This document shows positions 53,901-64,000 of a DNA stretch of 64,000 nt, one piece after another. This DNA is from Tubiluchus corallicola. Lineage: Eukaryota; Animalia; Priapulida. Every line of letters starts with the position of its first letter. Positions within the stretch are counted from its first letter, which is position 1. The notes below the pieces were generated by a model that saw only the letters and a program-made list of their open reading frames with translations, did no database searches and had not been told where the DNA came from. Location of the stretch: the NCBI GenBank assembly GCA_030141605.1, contig JAQGDQ010000181.1:273124-337123 (forward strand). The letters are read 5' to 3'. A program made the translations under genes and the position numbers.

Positions 53901-55560
53901 TGTTCTGGGTTCATAGGTTCATAACTTTGTGTTCTTTTTTAGATTAGAAGTGATTAATTTTTTTTCGTCTCATTTAAATTTACACAGACGGGGTGGCGAA
54001 AGACCAAGAGGTCACCTAGCGGCCACCCCTATTTGCACGACATTAATATTTATTTAGTTAATCTACTAATATTTTGAGTAGAATACTGAGTGCTTTCTGG
54101 TATCGTTGGGTTACAACGTTGACAGGCCGCTCTTCCTATCCTTTTGAACATTTTGTTATCCGTCACGTCTATGCTGTTTTGCATAACTTTTTCCCCTTTA
54201 AATTGCCTAAAACCCTAGTTTTTTTGTTATTTTGTCAGTTATTATTTGGAAGCGCTTATAACGGCGCAAACACTTAGCAAGTTTTTATTTCTGGTGCTTA
54301 CCATTAAGTGCAAGCATGCTGTCATATCAAATCAGTAATATTGGATATTTGTATTTTCAAATAAAGAAATAAATTAAAATTCAAACATGACAACGAGTAG
54401 GCCTATTAATTGAATCAGGCGGTTACTTATCCGTTTATTGAACAGGTTGGAATTATTTAGCTATAAGGTGAGGTGGGATCACTAAACATAAACAGTAAGT
54501 ACTTGGCTATTCACCTTACTTCGAAATGGACTGCATCTAAGATGAGTCCTTAACAGTTTATCGTTCTAGGTATCTCTTGTGGTAATTACAGTAAATTGTG
54601 CATGATTAAATATTGTTTATGTATATGAGACAAATAAATTACATCTAATCTAATTTAATCTAATTTAGTGGTCAATCACTTAGCTTTCGGGAAAACGATT
54701 CACTCTAACTTTTGCTCAAATAAATTTCAAATCATGTAGAGCCTTACTGCGTGAGCCTCTCCCCGGTCCCAGTAACAAACTTTGACATCAAGTCATAACT
54801 CATAAGAAGACATACGTTAGCCATTAAGGATAACTAGTAACATCATTATTGTTTCAGACTGCTATCACAATTATCTTGCTGCTGTTATTTCAAGATGATA
54901 TTTACTTACTGCTCAACTATTATGGGTTTTTCCGCTGGATTTTGGGCGGAAGTGGCGTTCTGGCTCTTGTTGTCCTACGATATCGACAACCAGACCTATG
55001 CCGTCCAATCAAGGTAAATATAAACAGTCTTCTTGTTGATATTTCAAAGCACTGATGTTATGTCTATTGCACTGATGTTGCTCTGTTGTGGCTTGTAAAT
55101 TGCATCAGTTGACCCTACGTTGTAAAACGTTTCTCGGAAAGCTAACTCTGTCGTGGCTTGTAAATTGCATCAGTTGACCCTACGTTTTTAAATTTTTCGC
55201 GGAAAACTAACTGGCTGTTTAAGCCCCTGGGGGATATTACATTCTCTGCTAGCGGCCATTTTGGTTGTTTTATGTGCACTTTTTAATATACACGTACCCA
55301 AGGGATGTTAACCAATAGGCTGACTAGGCTATAGCCTAGGGTGCCAAAGTTTAATGGCGTCACATTTTAGAAAAAAATTCTTATTCTCCTCAGAAAATGT
55401 GCAACTTTCATATTCATGTAAAGGACACATTTTATAACACACCATAGGCAGTTACTGAGCAAGGCTTTTGTATAAGTGCTACATAAGGAACAGGTGCAAA
55501 GTATTACACAACAAGCAGTTGAACAGCCTGCTTAATCAGATAATGAAAAGACGGTTCGGG

Positions 55561-55597
<37 letters not shown>

Positions 55598-56890
55598 CTT
55601 ATTTTTATTTACAGTTTCCGATTTTCATCCATATTATATTTTTGATACTTTGCGCGGGATTGGTGATCACGCCTGTCTACCTCCAACCGTTGAATTCTTT
55701 CATCTCAATGTCCATCATGCTCACCGGCATCCCCGTTTATTTCATCTTTATACACAATTACAAGAAACCAGCGTGTTATTATAGAACTACAGGTAAGTTA
55801 ACCTTTTCTGCGGTTATGGCATGTCACATTTGGACGTGGTGATTACTATTATGTAAGTTCACATTGGGCTGCATGAACACAGCACTGTATGTTGGTAGAA
55901 GTGCTGTTATGACAGGGTACATCCATGTAGTTAGGTGTTAACATTAGCCGTTGTACAAACTAAATGAAATAAGAGAAATCCGAATATGTCATTCTTATCA
56001 AAACATACTGCAGTTTATTGGGTGACTCAGAAGCGATTGTACTGTTATAACTACAAATAAAAGGTTAAATGAGTTGAAATATAGCTTTACTCCAATTTTG
56101 AGGACAGTGCCACTGTGTCAGGCATTCAAATGACTATATTATAACTACAATTAAGGTACAACAACTGTCCTACCTTCCAAATAGACGTGGTGCAAGAGGT
56201 CCAGTAACAAAATTATAGCTGACAGAGTGATTTGACCATTGAAGGAAATGGTTTACAGCCAGGAAAATATGTGAATGAAGACATGACAATAAATGAAAAA
56301 ATGTGATACCTGGAAATCCACTTTCACGCTATTACTGTTGCTGCAAGTATTTATGCATGTGTACATATCCTGCAGCTCTTTATCCAGTACAATCAGGGCT
56401 GGATTAAAACCTTAAGAGGCCGTAAGCACTAAAAATAATTATGGTAGAACGCAGACAGTCAAAAGCAACATTATCCTGTTTTCAGTATCACCACATTTTT
56501 ATAAACACCACCTCACATTAAATATATTGTAACACCTTGCATAATCAATCAATGTCATTACATGGACAATGAGCAGTTTAGGCTGTTCAGTAGCCAGAAT
56601 CTCTATCCGTATCGTCATATTGTAAACGCAGAAACCGCCACACATGTTCTGGCATATTTTACTTTTGGGTAATTATTCAATTTGAAAAAAAAAACTTGTG
56701 AGGCCGTTCTTCCCCTAAGTCCCTAATAACACGCTTACCTTGCTTAAAGGCTATTCCAGTGCTAAATACATTTATAATCATTATTAATTTTATGATAAAT
56801 TGTACAACGTTACTTTGTATTGGAACAGAATGGTTAACAAAATCGCTACAGAAGCTGATGAATGTGCGTCCCCAAGACGAGGTGATCTGA
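41963..56890 (+). CDS. SLC7 L-type amino acid transporter light chain (LAT/y+LAT/xCT-like), 493 aa, 9 exons
   Basis: Exons 41963-42443, 43972-44200, 47152-47196, 47326-47449, 48825-48931, 52350-52449, 54858-55013, 55615-55792 and 56829-56890 join in frame. Motifs IGSGIFISPKGVL, ALSYAEIG..PKSGG.Y, FAYAGW..LN..EE.KN, SSRLYFVGAR..GHLP, RPIK and T..LQKL. The exact paralogue cannot be assigned by eye. Confidence 0.92.
45572..45672 (+). mobile_element. Partial second copy of the telomere-like-repeat MITE
   Basis: atttaaat..taaccataaccataaccctactcctaactctagcccaaccctaactctaatccgcttcacgaactaattcttgtgtgtggga matches 3408-3535. Confidence 0.65.
49030..49392. mobile_element. MITE with AACGCA/TGCGT subrepeats in an SLC7 intron
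   Basis: cagatatccgaaatgcgt ... acgcattccggacgtctg termini, an internal repeat acgcattccgga, and local CpG enrichment. Confidence 0.6.
51583..51645 (-). mobile_element. Second, inverted, degenerate tRNA-SINE head
   Basis: Reverse complement reads ctaaggcgtctgacttgtaagc..gatcctga..aaatc...tccaact, matching 51839-51898. Confidence 0.55.
51822..51962 (+). mobile_element. tRNA-derived SINE
   Basis: A-box-like tacttagtggtctaagg, anticodon-arm-like ctgacttgtaagctgg, B-box ggttcaaatcc. No acceptor stem. Body agtttggttccaaaatttaattaattgtgagtttg is shared with 38504-38537. Confidence 0.7.
53690..53850 (+). mobile_element. Short LINE (L2/Crack-like) 3' remnant
   Basis: Reads H.HNTR ... SHSGPKLWNSLPTTVK, a typical end-of-ORF2 motif. 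Confidence 0.55.
55081..55212. repeat. ~65-bp tandem duplication in SLC7 intron 7
   Basis: ctctgt.gtggcttgtaaattgcatcagttgaccctacgtt occurs at 55081 and 55146. Confidence 0.85.
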
Positions 56891-58989
56891 CCTGGCAAGC
56901 TGTCCAGAGTGCGTGGTTAACGGTCATTAAAACAGGATAATGCAATATACAAGGGATACGGTGAAGAGCAGCCATTGTTCACAATGTTGTGAGTACATCA
57001 ATATGCTACAGCAAGAAGCGGCTTGAGTCGTGAAGTTTACCCTAGTACATACTATACCTGCAGAACTCCTACTAAGAGAATATTTGTGTAAAATTTAGAT
57101 ATCAAACTTACTGCAGACGAAAAGTTGTCTGCCGAACGATAAAATTAGTCCAAGTTGCTGTTAGGAATAACAGGTGAAAATTGTGCCATTTGAGTGTAGT
57201 TTAAAAATGAAAAACAGTCTTGCTATTGCATCCAAGTCTATTAGTTGTGCTTGGAGAGCTGTATATGTTCTATGCTGGTTTATTCTAAGTTTAAAACCAT
57301 AGCTTTGTACATGTTATGCATATATTTATTTCACATTATATTGACGTTTCTTAGTCTTAGTATACATTTTCCAGTATTCGATTCCTACTAAGCAGTTTAG
57401 TTAGTGATCAGCTTAGAATACATGTTCTAGATTCGCAGAAAAAAATTATGTTTATATAACGCCTTATATGCTGTACATAGCTATATGTAAGTAGCTCAGA
57501 ACTCCCCACAATCATTCTTTCATTGTCTTACAATTTATTTTTTAACGTATATATTTAATGACTGCGAAATAAAATACATATCTGCCAGTATTTTGTAGAG
57601 AGAAATGTTATAAAGGGTGTACACCTAATTACCATTTTGCAGTATTGATTTTTATAAGTAAGACATTATAGTTAAATAGCAATAACTGTTTAGTTGTGTT
57701 AATTTTTTTCCACTTTTGCACATTATGTTGCACTTCAAAGTAAATCATACACTGCCACAACAGTACATCTTGTACTACGAGTGTGACTACGTAGGATGTA
57801 CTTGCGTATACTTTAAATAAATTTGCTTTTCTCCACTCAAAATGCTATCATGTATTTTACTTCATGTGTCTTTTTATATATTTTGTTTTACATGTTATTA
57901 ATTACAGTCACCATAAGTGAATGAAAGACAGGCAAGAATGTATAATCGTTGTTTCAAAACGTTTATATTCTAGAATAAAAATTTTACAATCGCCATCACA
58001 TTCTACACATAACCAGTTCAAAAATGTGATTTCTTGTCCTTGGCAACTTGGTTTACTGGCAGCCATTTTTAAGTACTTCAAAGAGACAACACTCTCATTA
58101 TTGTTATCATCTTAATCAATCATTTCAAAGATCATTGCGTCAACCATAGCATGAATGGTTTCTCTTCATACTTACATCTGTTATAAGTCACAAGATGAAA
58201 GACAAAAGTGTAACAGTTTTCAAAGTTGATGAAAAGCCTACCCAAACACATGAAACTTGGTATCGTTAAAAAGCTTATACCCTACCCATTACTGCATTAG
58301 CATTAACAGCTGGCAGCAATGGAGAGACTCGATGAAATGCTCTTTGCTGCTTAAGTAACCGCACATCTTACAACTACAAACAAATGCATAAATTTCCAAA
58401 AAATTTTAATGTTTCTGGTTAAAATACACTAGGTACTGATAAGTATGCAGAAACACAATTTCACCACAAGTAAAGACAGCATGTCCATTTCTCTGCTTCT
58501 AATCTACAAGAAAGCTATTTATGTGTATAAATATACATTATCAGAAATGTGTTTGGGAAACACACAACAAGCAAACAAACACACGCATGAGCACATTACA
58601 TAACAAGTCAAATGTATAACAATTAAAGTGGCTGCTATTTGGCACCAGCACTTTCTCATGTACAGAAATATGCGTTAGCTTAATAAACTTTCTTTAAATA
58701 ATTTAGTTCTTGCTTTAAAGATACTAGTTTACAATTAGAAACAAACTTACAATTTTTGGCTATTGGCAGTGCTTATAGTCGTTGCTCTGAAATAGATTTC
58801 TTTTCAGAATTAGTCATTTCTAGCAATTTAATAAAAGCATCCACATAAAATTACAAGAATGATTACTAATTAGAATTACAGTTTAATGTCAAAGGTAAAA
58901 TGAGTTTGTGAAAGTATTTTGCAGTCTACTGCCCGAAATGTGGGAATCCATACTCTCACGAGCAAATCGGAAATCAACAATAATTTGTG

Positions 58990-61900
58990 TCAACTTTCAT
59001 ACAACTCAATATCAATTACAAATCGGTCACAATCTGGTTCATTAACAGGTATGCTTGCAGGCTACAGAAATCAACACCAAACTTAACTTACAACAGTAAT
59101 AGTTAAGTGATAATGCACACTTAAGTGTAATACATAATGGACACCGTAATTACGTCTAACGTACACCATAATGTTTAACAGTTCACTTATCTGAACTCAT
59201 GACAATATTACTTCTTTTAAAAAAACATGCCAGGTATGAGAGTAGTAATTGGAAAACCATAACTGTTTGAATCGGTTTTCTGTAAATTTGTCAGAAATTT
59301 TGGTGACACATCAAAAACAATAGGCAAGAAGAGGCGGGAGAAATGTCTATATTTTTGCCAAGTTTTGAAAACTTAGCATGTTTGCTGAAATAAATATAGT
59401 TTTGTACCTAAGGAAAGCTACAATAGTTCTAAAATACAGTCCACAAGGTAAGGCAAGGAAAATGATATTTGGTAGCAGAGTTCTACACAAGCTAAATACG
59501 ATACCTAACTAATGCTTTCTTCTAGCTTCAGTATGGTTACAGCAACTGCAAAAGTGATTTAAAGCTCTCTGACCTCTCTGTTTCTAGCTGTCTGAAATGT
59601 AAAAAAACAATTGTAGAGAAATAATCAAATTTAATTTTGTTGTACCTGTAAATAGCATCTGTGTCTGCTCTTAGCTCTTATCTTTTATTATTATGACAAT
59701 TAAAGGCTTAAGGTCCTTTCACACATAATTTACAGATACATTTTAGAACTTCTAAAAGCTTACAATCTGAACAACTGTCTGAAGTATAAAAAAGGTAGTT
59801 TCGAATGTTCAGCAATTCAAGCGCAGTAATTACTTATTTAATGCAATCCTTTCCTGCTTGTTCTATGGGTCACTTGAAGTAACTTTTTTTGTTAAATATA
59901 TTCATGCTAACAACTATCCACAAAAGAGGGATCTGTGAGTAACAAGGTGTCCTTGTATACTAAAAATAATAAATGCACTAACTGTATTACGACAAATCAA
60001 TAAACGAATTGTACATACGGGTTTTTGTTTGGGAACAGCACCAGTAAACTTGTTTGCATTGTTGGTCCGGAGTACAGCTGTGTTGGTCGATCGAGGAGTG
60101 ACCTTATTGTGAGCACTCACAACGCCACTTCCTCCTCCAAGTTTCTGACCACCGATGGGTGTTCCTTGCACACTTCCTCTGCAAAATATATTTAGAATAG
60201 ATAAATATATTGATTGTGAGTTTAAGACTATATCATCTTTTGTATAATTTAAGAACTAGACATTATTCAAATAAATCTAAAAGACAGATTTCTAATAGAT
60301 ATATTAAAAAAGTAGTATAAAGCAGTTTTTTTATCACATACAGCTGCTTTGTTTTATGATATATCCAAGAAGAAGCATGACAAAGGTATGTGATTTCTGC
60401 TGACGTCTAAGTAGAAGTAGTCATCGACTTACAACCACAATTGGTTCAGGCGGATTGATTGTAAAACGAATTGGACGCTAGTCGGGCTAGTATGTTCCAC
60501 CTGACAGTCCCTATACATAAGACATTTTGTGTGCACGTGCAGTAAGTACGGCGGTGCGTACGGATGACTTTGTCAAGCGAATTTATCATTTATTAAAATT
60601 AATTTGCTTCAAAAAATAGAAAAAAATGTTAGCAATAGTTAGTTTTGTTGATTAATTAAATAAGTTGGGCTCGGGTCGTAAAATTGAGCAGTACGCAAGT
60701 TATAGGTTGTAAGTGGACGACTAACTGCATAAAACACCATAACAAATTTAAACCTTCAATTTGTGTTTTGTAAGATTTTGATCTACCAATAGTCTGTATC
60801 TTGTAGCCAAACAACCCCTTAACAAGACACAATCACAAACAATAGATTAACTTTAAACATCAAAACATGTTAACATTTTTGACAAACAATTTCAGAGACT
60901 TGTGTTTCAGAAATGTCATCTTCATGACAGAACAGAGAGCAAATCTAGTGGACAACCAAACTTGCTTCAACACTACGCTCAATATCAGAAACTAATTATT
61001 GTGTAATCCTGGAATTAATACTTGACAATCTAAAATGTTTTACCTGTATTTGACAGTAGTAGAACTAGGAGGTTTGTGTTTAGGACGGGCACCCGTACTA
61101 CTGTCACGTATTCTCTCCAGCTGATCACGGTGTATAGACATTCGCATCAACTCCTCTGCACCGTCAAATGATTCTCTTAATGCTTTATTTTTCTGCCTGT
61201 CGGCACTTGATATTACTAAAGAAAAATTTAGGCATAAATAAATTTCAATTAGTTAAACAACAAAACCAGGATAAATGATGAAATATTACAGATTGTGTGC
61301 AATCCTGATGTAACTCAATTGCCATTTAAAAAATGAAGTGCCAATTACATTTCTGTACTGACAAAAACAGGTAGTCATCGACTTACGACCACAATCAGTT
61401 CTGGCTTACAACTACAAGTCGGAACCCTTATATTCAAGCGGTGCACCCCTGCAAAGGCCTGTATGTAATGTGCTGTGTGTGTACGCGCACTAAGTATGGC
61501 GATGCCTATGGATGAACTTATCAAAACAGATAGCGATTTAAAGTTAATCTGCTTAAAAAATAGACGGAAATATGAATAATAATCAGTTTTATATCTATAT
61601 ATTAATTTCTTATATTTCTTTCTATACATACAATAATGGTTGTATGGGATATATATGTATATAACATTCGAGGCTGCAGCTCCAAGGACAGCACCATTCT
61701 TGGCAATCAACATATCAAACGAAAGGCCTCGATCTAGTAATTAACTAATTAAGTTGTGCTCAGGTCGTAAAGTCGAACAGTTGCAAATTGCGCAGGTGCT
61801 AAGCCGACAACTATGTGTAATCACAGGAATATACTGTCCTTAATACAAAATAAGAAAACTTTGATGTTTTGTAGGTTTTTTGAACTCCGATAATAGAAGA

Positions 61901-63759
61901 TTTGTTTTCTGGACTGAAAATTATAATATGTAAAAACGGGTACAACACGCTCAACATTGCAGGAGTATAATTATGTTTTAAGCTGCAGTCAGCAGAAGGC
62001 AGCAGCCAAAAGAGCATGACCAGCTAATAACTTATACTTTATTAGGCAGTATTATAGCATACAACCCAAAAACAACAATCCATTGTTCTCAGGATTAGAC
62101 CAATAAAATGAAATCACTTTAATTATTTTTTAGTCACAGATCACGAATGCAAAAGCAAACCTGATTTAGGAGTTGACGTTTTTCCTGCCTGAATGCGTTG
62201 TTGTGCAGAACTATGCACAGTATTGCTAGAAGTCACGGTTGTCTGACTAGTTCGCACAGGATTTACTCGGCTCCTAGCAGCCGTGACATTGGCTCGTGAT
62301 GTGGGAATGGCAGCGGCGGCAGCAGACTAGAAAAATGGTAATGAATTCATTCGTGAATGTTTCAAATTACGAAACAATTAAAGTTTTAGAATCTCGTCAA
62401 ATTCTGCAACATGTTTATTGTTTAAAAACCATTTTCAATATTTACAACTCTTAATATAACTAAAAAATTTAATGCTATAATTTAACCAACTGTGGCATAA
62501 ATTTTTAATATTAGTATATAATTTAGTTTGACATGTGTCAGAATTTGTACAGTTGACCAGACAAGAAACCACTTCATGGAGCTATGTGAATAGGACTAGG
62601 ACTAAATAATTTGTGGTCTAGTTTGGTTGTGTCTAGAAGAAAACTGAGGTCATCTGAAGCACTGTTTGTAAATAACAAACAAAAATTCCTTAAATGACTT
62701 GACTTTAAAGCACAATAAAGCCCTCCACTTACATAAAGCTTAAACAATTTTTATACCACTTACATACTACCTTTTTGCATGCGGGGCTAGCATCAGCCAT
62801 AACGCTGTATAAAACGTGTAAATTTAAACTCCCGCGATGACCGTTAGGCGCATCCATTTTAAGGGGATGTCGTTTGATACAAGGTTAGATAACATTGAGC
62901 AAAGTTTGAAAAAATAATCAGAGCAGTCGTAGCATGCATGTTGCTAACTAAGTCAAATTTTAAATTACTTGTGAATAAGATTAAAAATACGTTTCTGGCT
63001 AGTGAGTGGCGCATCCTGAAGGGTGAATCAGCGACATTTTACCAATTTGCATAAACATTTCAAATTATTATTTCTATTTGCAATAAGTCTTTCCAGCAGG
63101 TAAGCGAAATGCTAAGTAATATAGATTTGCACAGAAAGTTTTTTGGGACATACTTTAACAGTTCCTGTCTTCTCCTGATTTATGTTTGAGTAGGTAACGT
63201 CATGTAATGGGGCCGTCGGAAAAGTATTGCGGAAGTTATAAAATGAAAAGAAACAAAAATTCCTTTCAACGTGAGTACGATATATGCACAAAATTGCTGT
63301 GAAGTAATATAATTTTTTAGGGTGATTTTCCGGAAGCCTACTTCAGGTACCCATTTTCTTGTCCTTTAAAACAAAAATATGTTACCTACATTTACACAAA
63401 TGTAGAAATAAAATCTTAAGTTGCCAGTTTCATTTATTGAAATGGGTTGTGTCTTAATCAAGCATTTTACTTTTGTATAAGTTTTATTGATTTTATCAGG
63501 TCCACCATCATTATTTGCCGATGGAATAAGAAAAACTTTATAGCAAACATTAATGAAAGTTATACACAAACAAGTTTGTTTTAACTCAGTACTGATTCAT
63601 ACTATTCAATATCACACTGCTAGAACAAACACAGGTACCTGTTTTGTCGTGTCATTCTGCGCCAGTGAATCCCCACCAGCCTGATTAAGTGAACCAGAGT
63701 ACCGAGAATATGCCGTACCACCAGAACGAGAAACTGCTTCCCCACCCAGACGACGTGAT
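58990..63759 (-). CDS. 3' coding exons of an unidentified gene with a low-complexity Ser/Thr/Gly/Arg-rich C-terminus; 5' part lies beyond the right edge
   Basis: Four phase-compatible, stop-free GT-AG exons: 63639-63759, 62161-62326, 61044-61215 and 60019-60178 (e.g. ALRESFDGAEELMRMSIHRDQLERIR; GTPIGGQKLGGG). Terminal exon uncertain; 58990-59061 (PASIPVNEPDCDRFVIDIELYES*) is one of three in-phase candidates. Confidence 0.72.
60417..60727. mobile_element. Tigger/pogo-like MITE, copy 1
   Basis: gtagtcatcgacttacaacc ... ggttgtaagtggacgactaac TIRs; same family as 61368-61814. Confidence 0.7.
61368..61814. mobile_element. Tigger/pogo-like MITE, copy 2
   Basis: Left end caggtagtcatcgacttacgaccacaat. 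Right end ttaactaattaagttgtgctcaggtcgtaaa..taagccgacaactatg is homologous to copy 1. Confidence 0.7.
62706..63368. mobile_element. Possible TTAA-flanked (Kolobok-like) non-autonomous element
   Basis: ttaaagcacaataaa ... tttcttgtcctttaa imperfect TIRs. Confidence 0.4.
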
Positions 63760-64000
63760 CTGTTGCATTAATCAATCAAAAGTGATTAATAATGAATTTG
63801 CAAAATTTCAAACAATTTACATATCAGTGATGAGTTTTTTACTGTTTAATATAATTTTTTTGTAGTTTTCACAGTCTAAGACAGATTGATTCATTTATTC
63901 ATTTAAATAAGTCAGACATCATGTTACACAAAACTGGTATCTTCAAAAAAGGTATTAAAATATTTTTAATCTCTAAAAGGTAACTATTTTTCACATCCTG

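Noticed and set aside
58927-58983. Plus-strand YCPKCGNPY zinc-ribbon-like peptide
   Set aside because: Only one CxxC, a stop follows shortly, and the SLC7 CDS already ends at 56890; likely chance.

Overview
AT-rich, intron-rich animal (probably invertebrate) nuclear DNA; not prokaryotic. By tracing GT..AG exons with compatible phases I reconstruct six protein-coding genes. (1) CFAP251/WDR66, minus strand, 18 coding exons in the window, with its 3' end running off the left edge. (2) An intronless COPE (coatomer epsilon), plus strand. (3) A 3-exon MIF, minus strand. (4) A 6-exon TMEM134, plus strand, head-to-head with MIF. (5) A 9-exon SLC7/LAT-type amino acid transporter, plus strand. (6) The 3' exons of an unidentified minus-strand gene entering from the right edge. 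Introns and intergenic DNA carry many MITEs, LINE fragments, tRNA-derived SINEs and tandem repeats. The most striking structure is a pair of ~1.1-kb transposon copies in inverted orientation bracketing a single frame-symmetric CFAP251 exon. Other oddities are the intronless COPE, a MITE with a telomere-like core, a 39-nt coding repeat in CFAP251, a ~53-nt minisatellite in a MIF intron and a compact structured intronic segment. I found no convincing evidence of a wholly new multi-gene system. All family assignments are from recalled motifs, not database searches.
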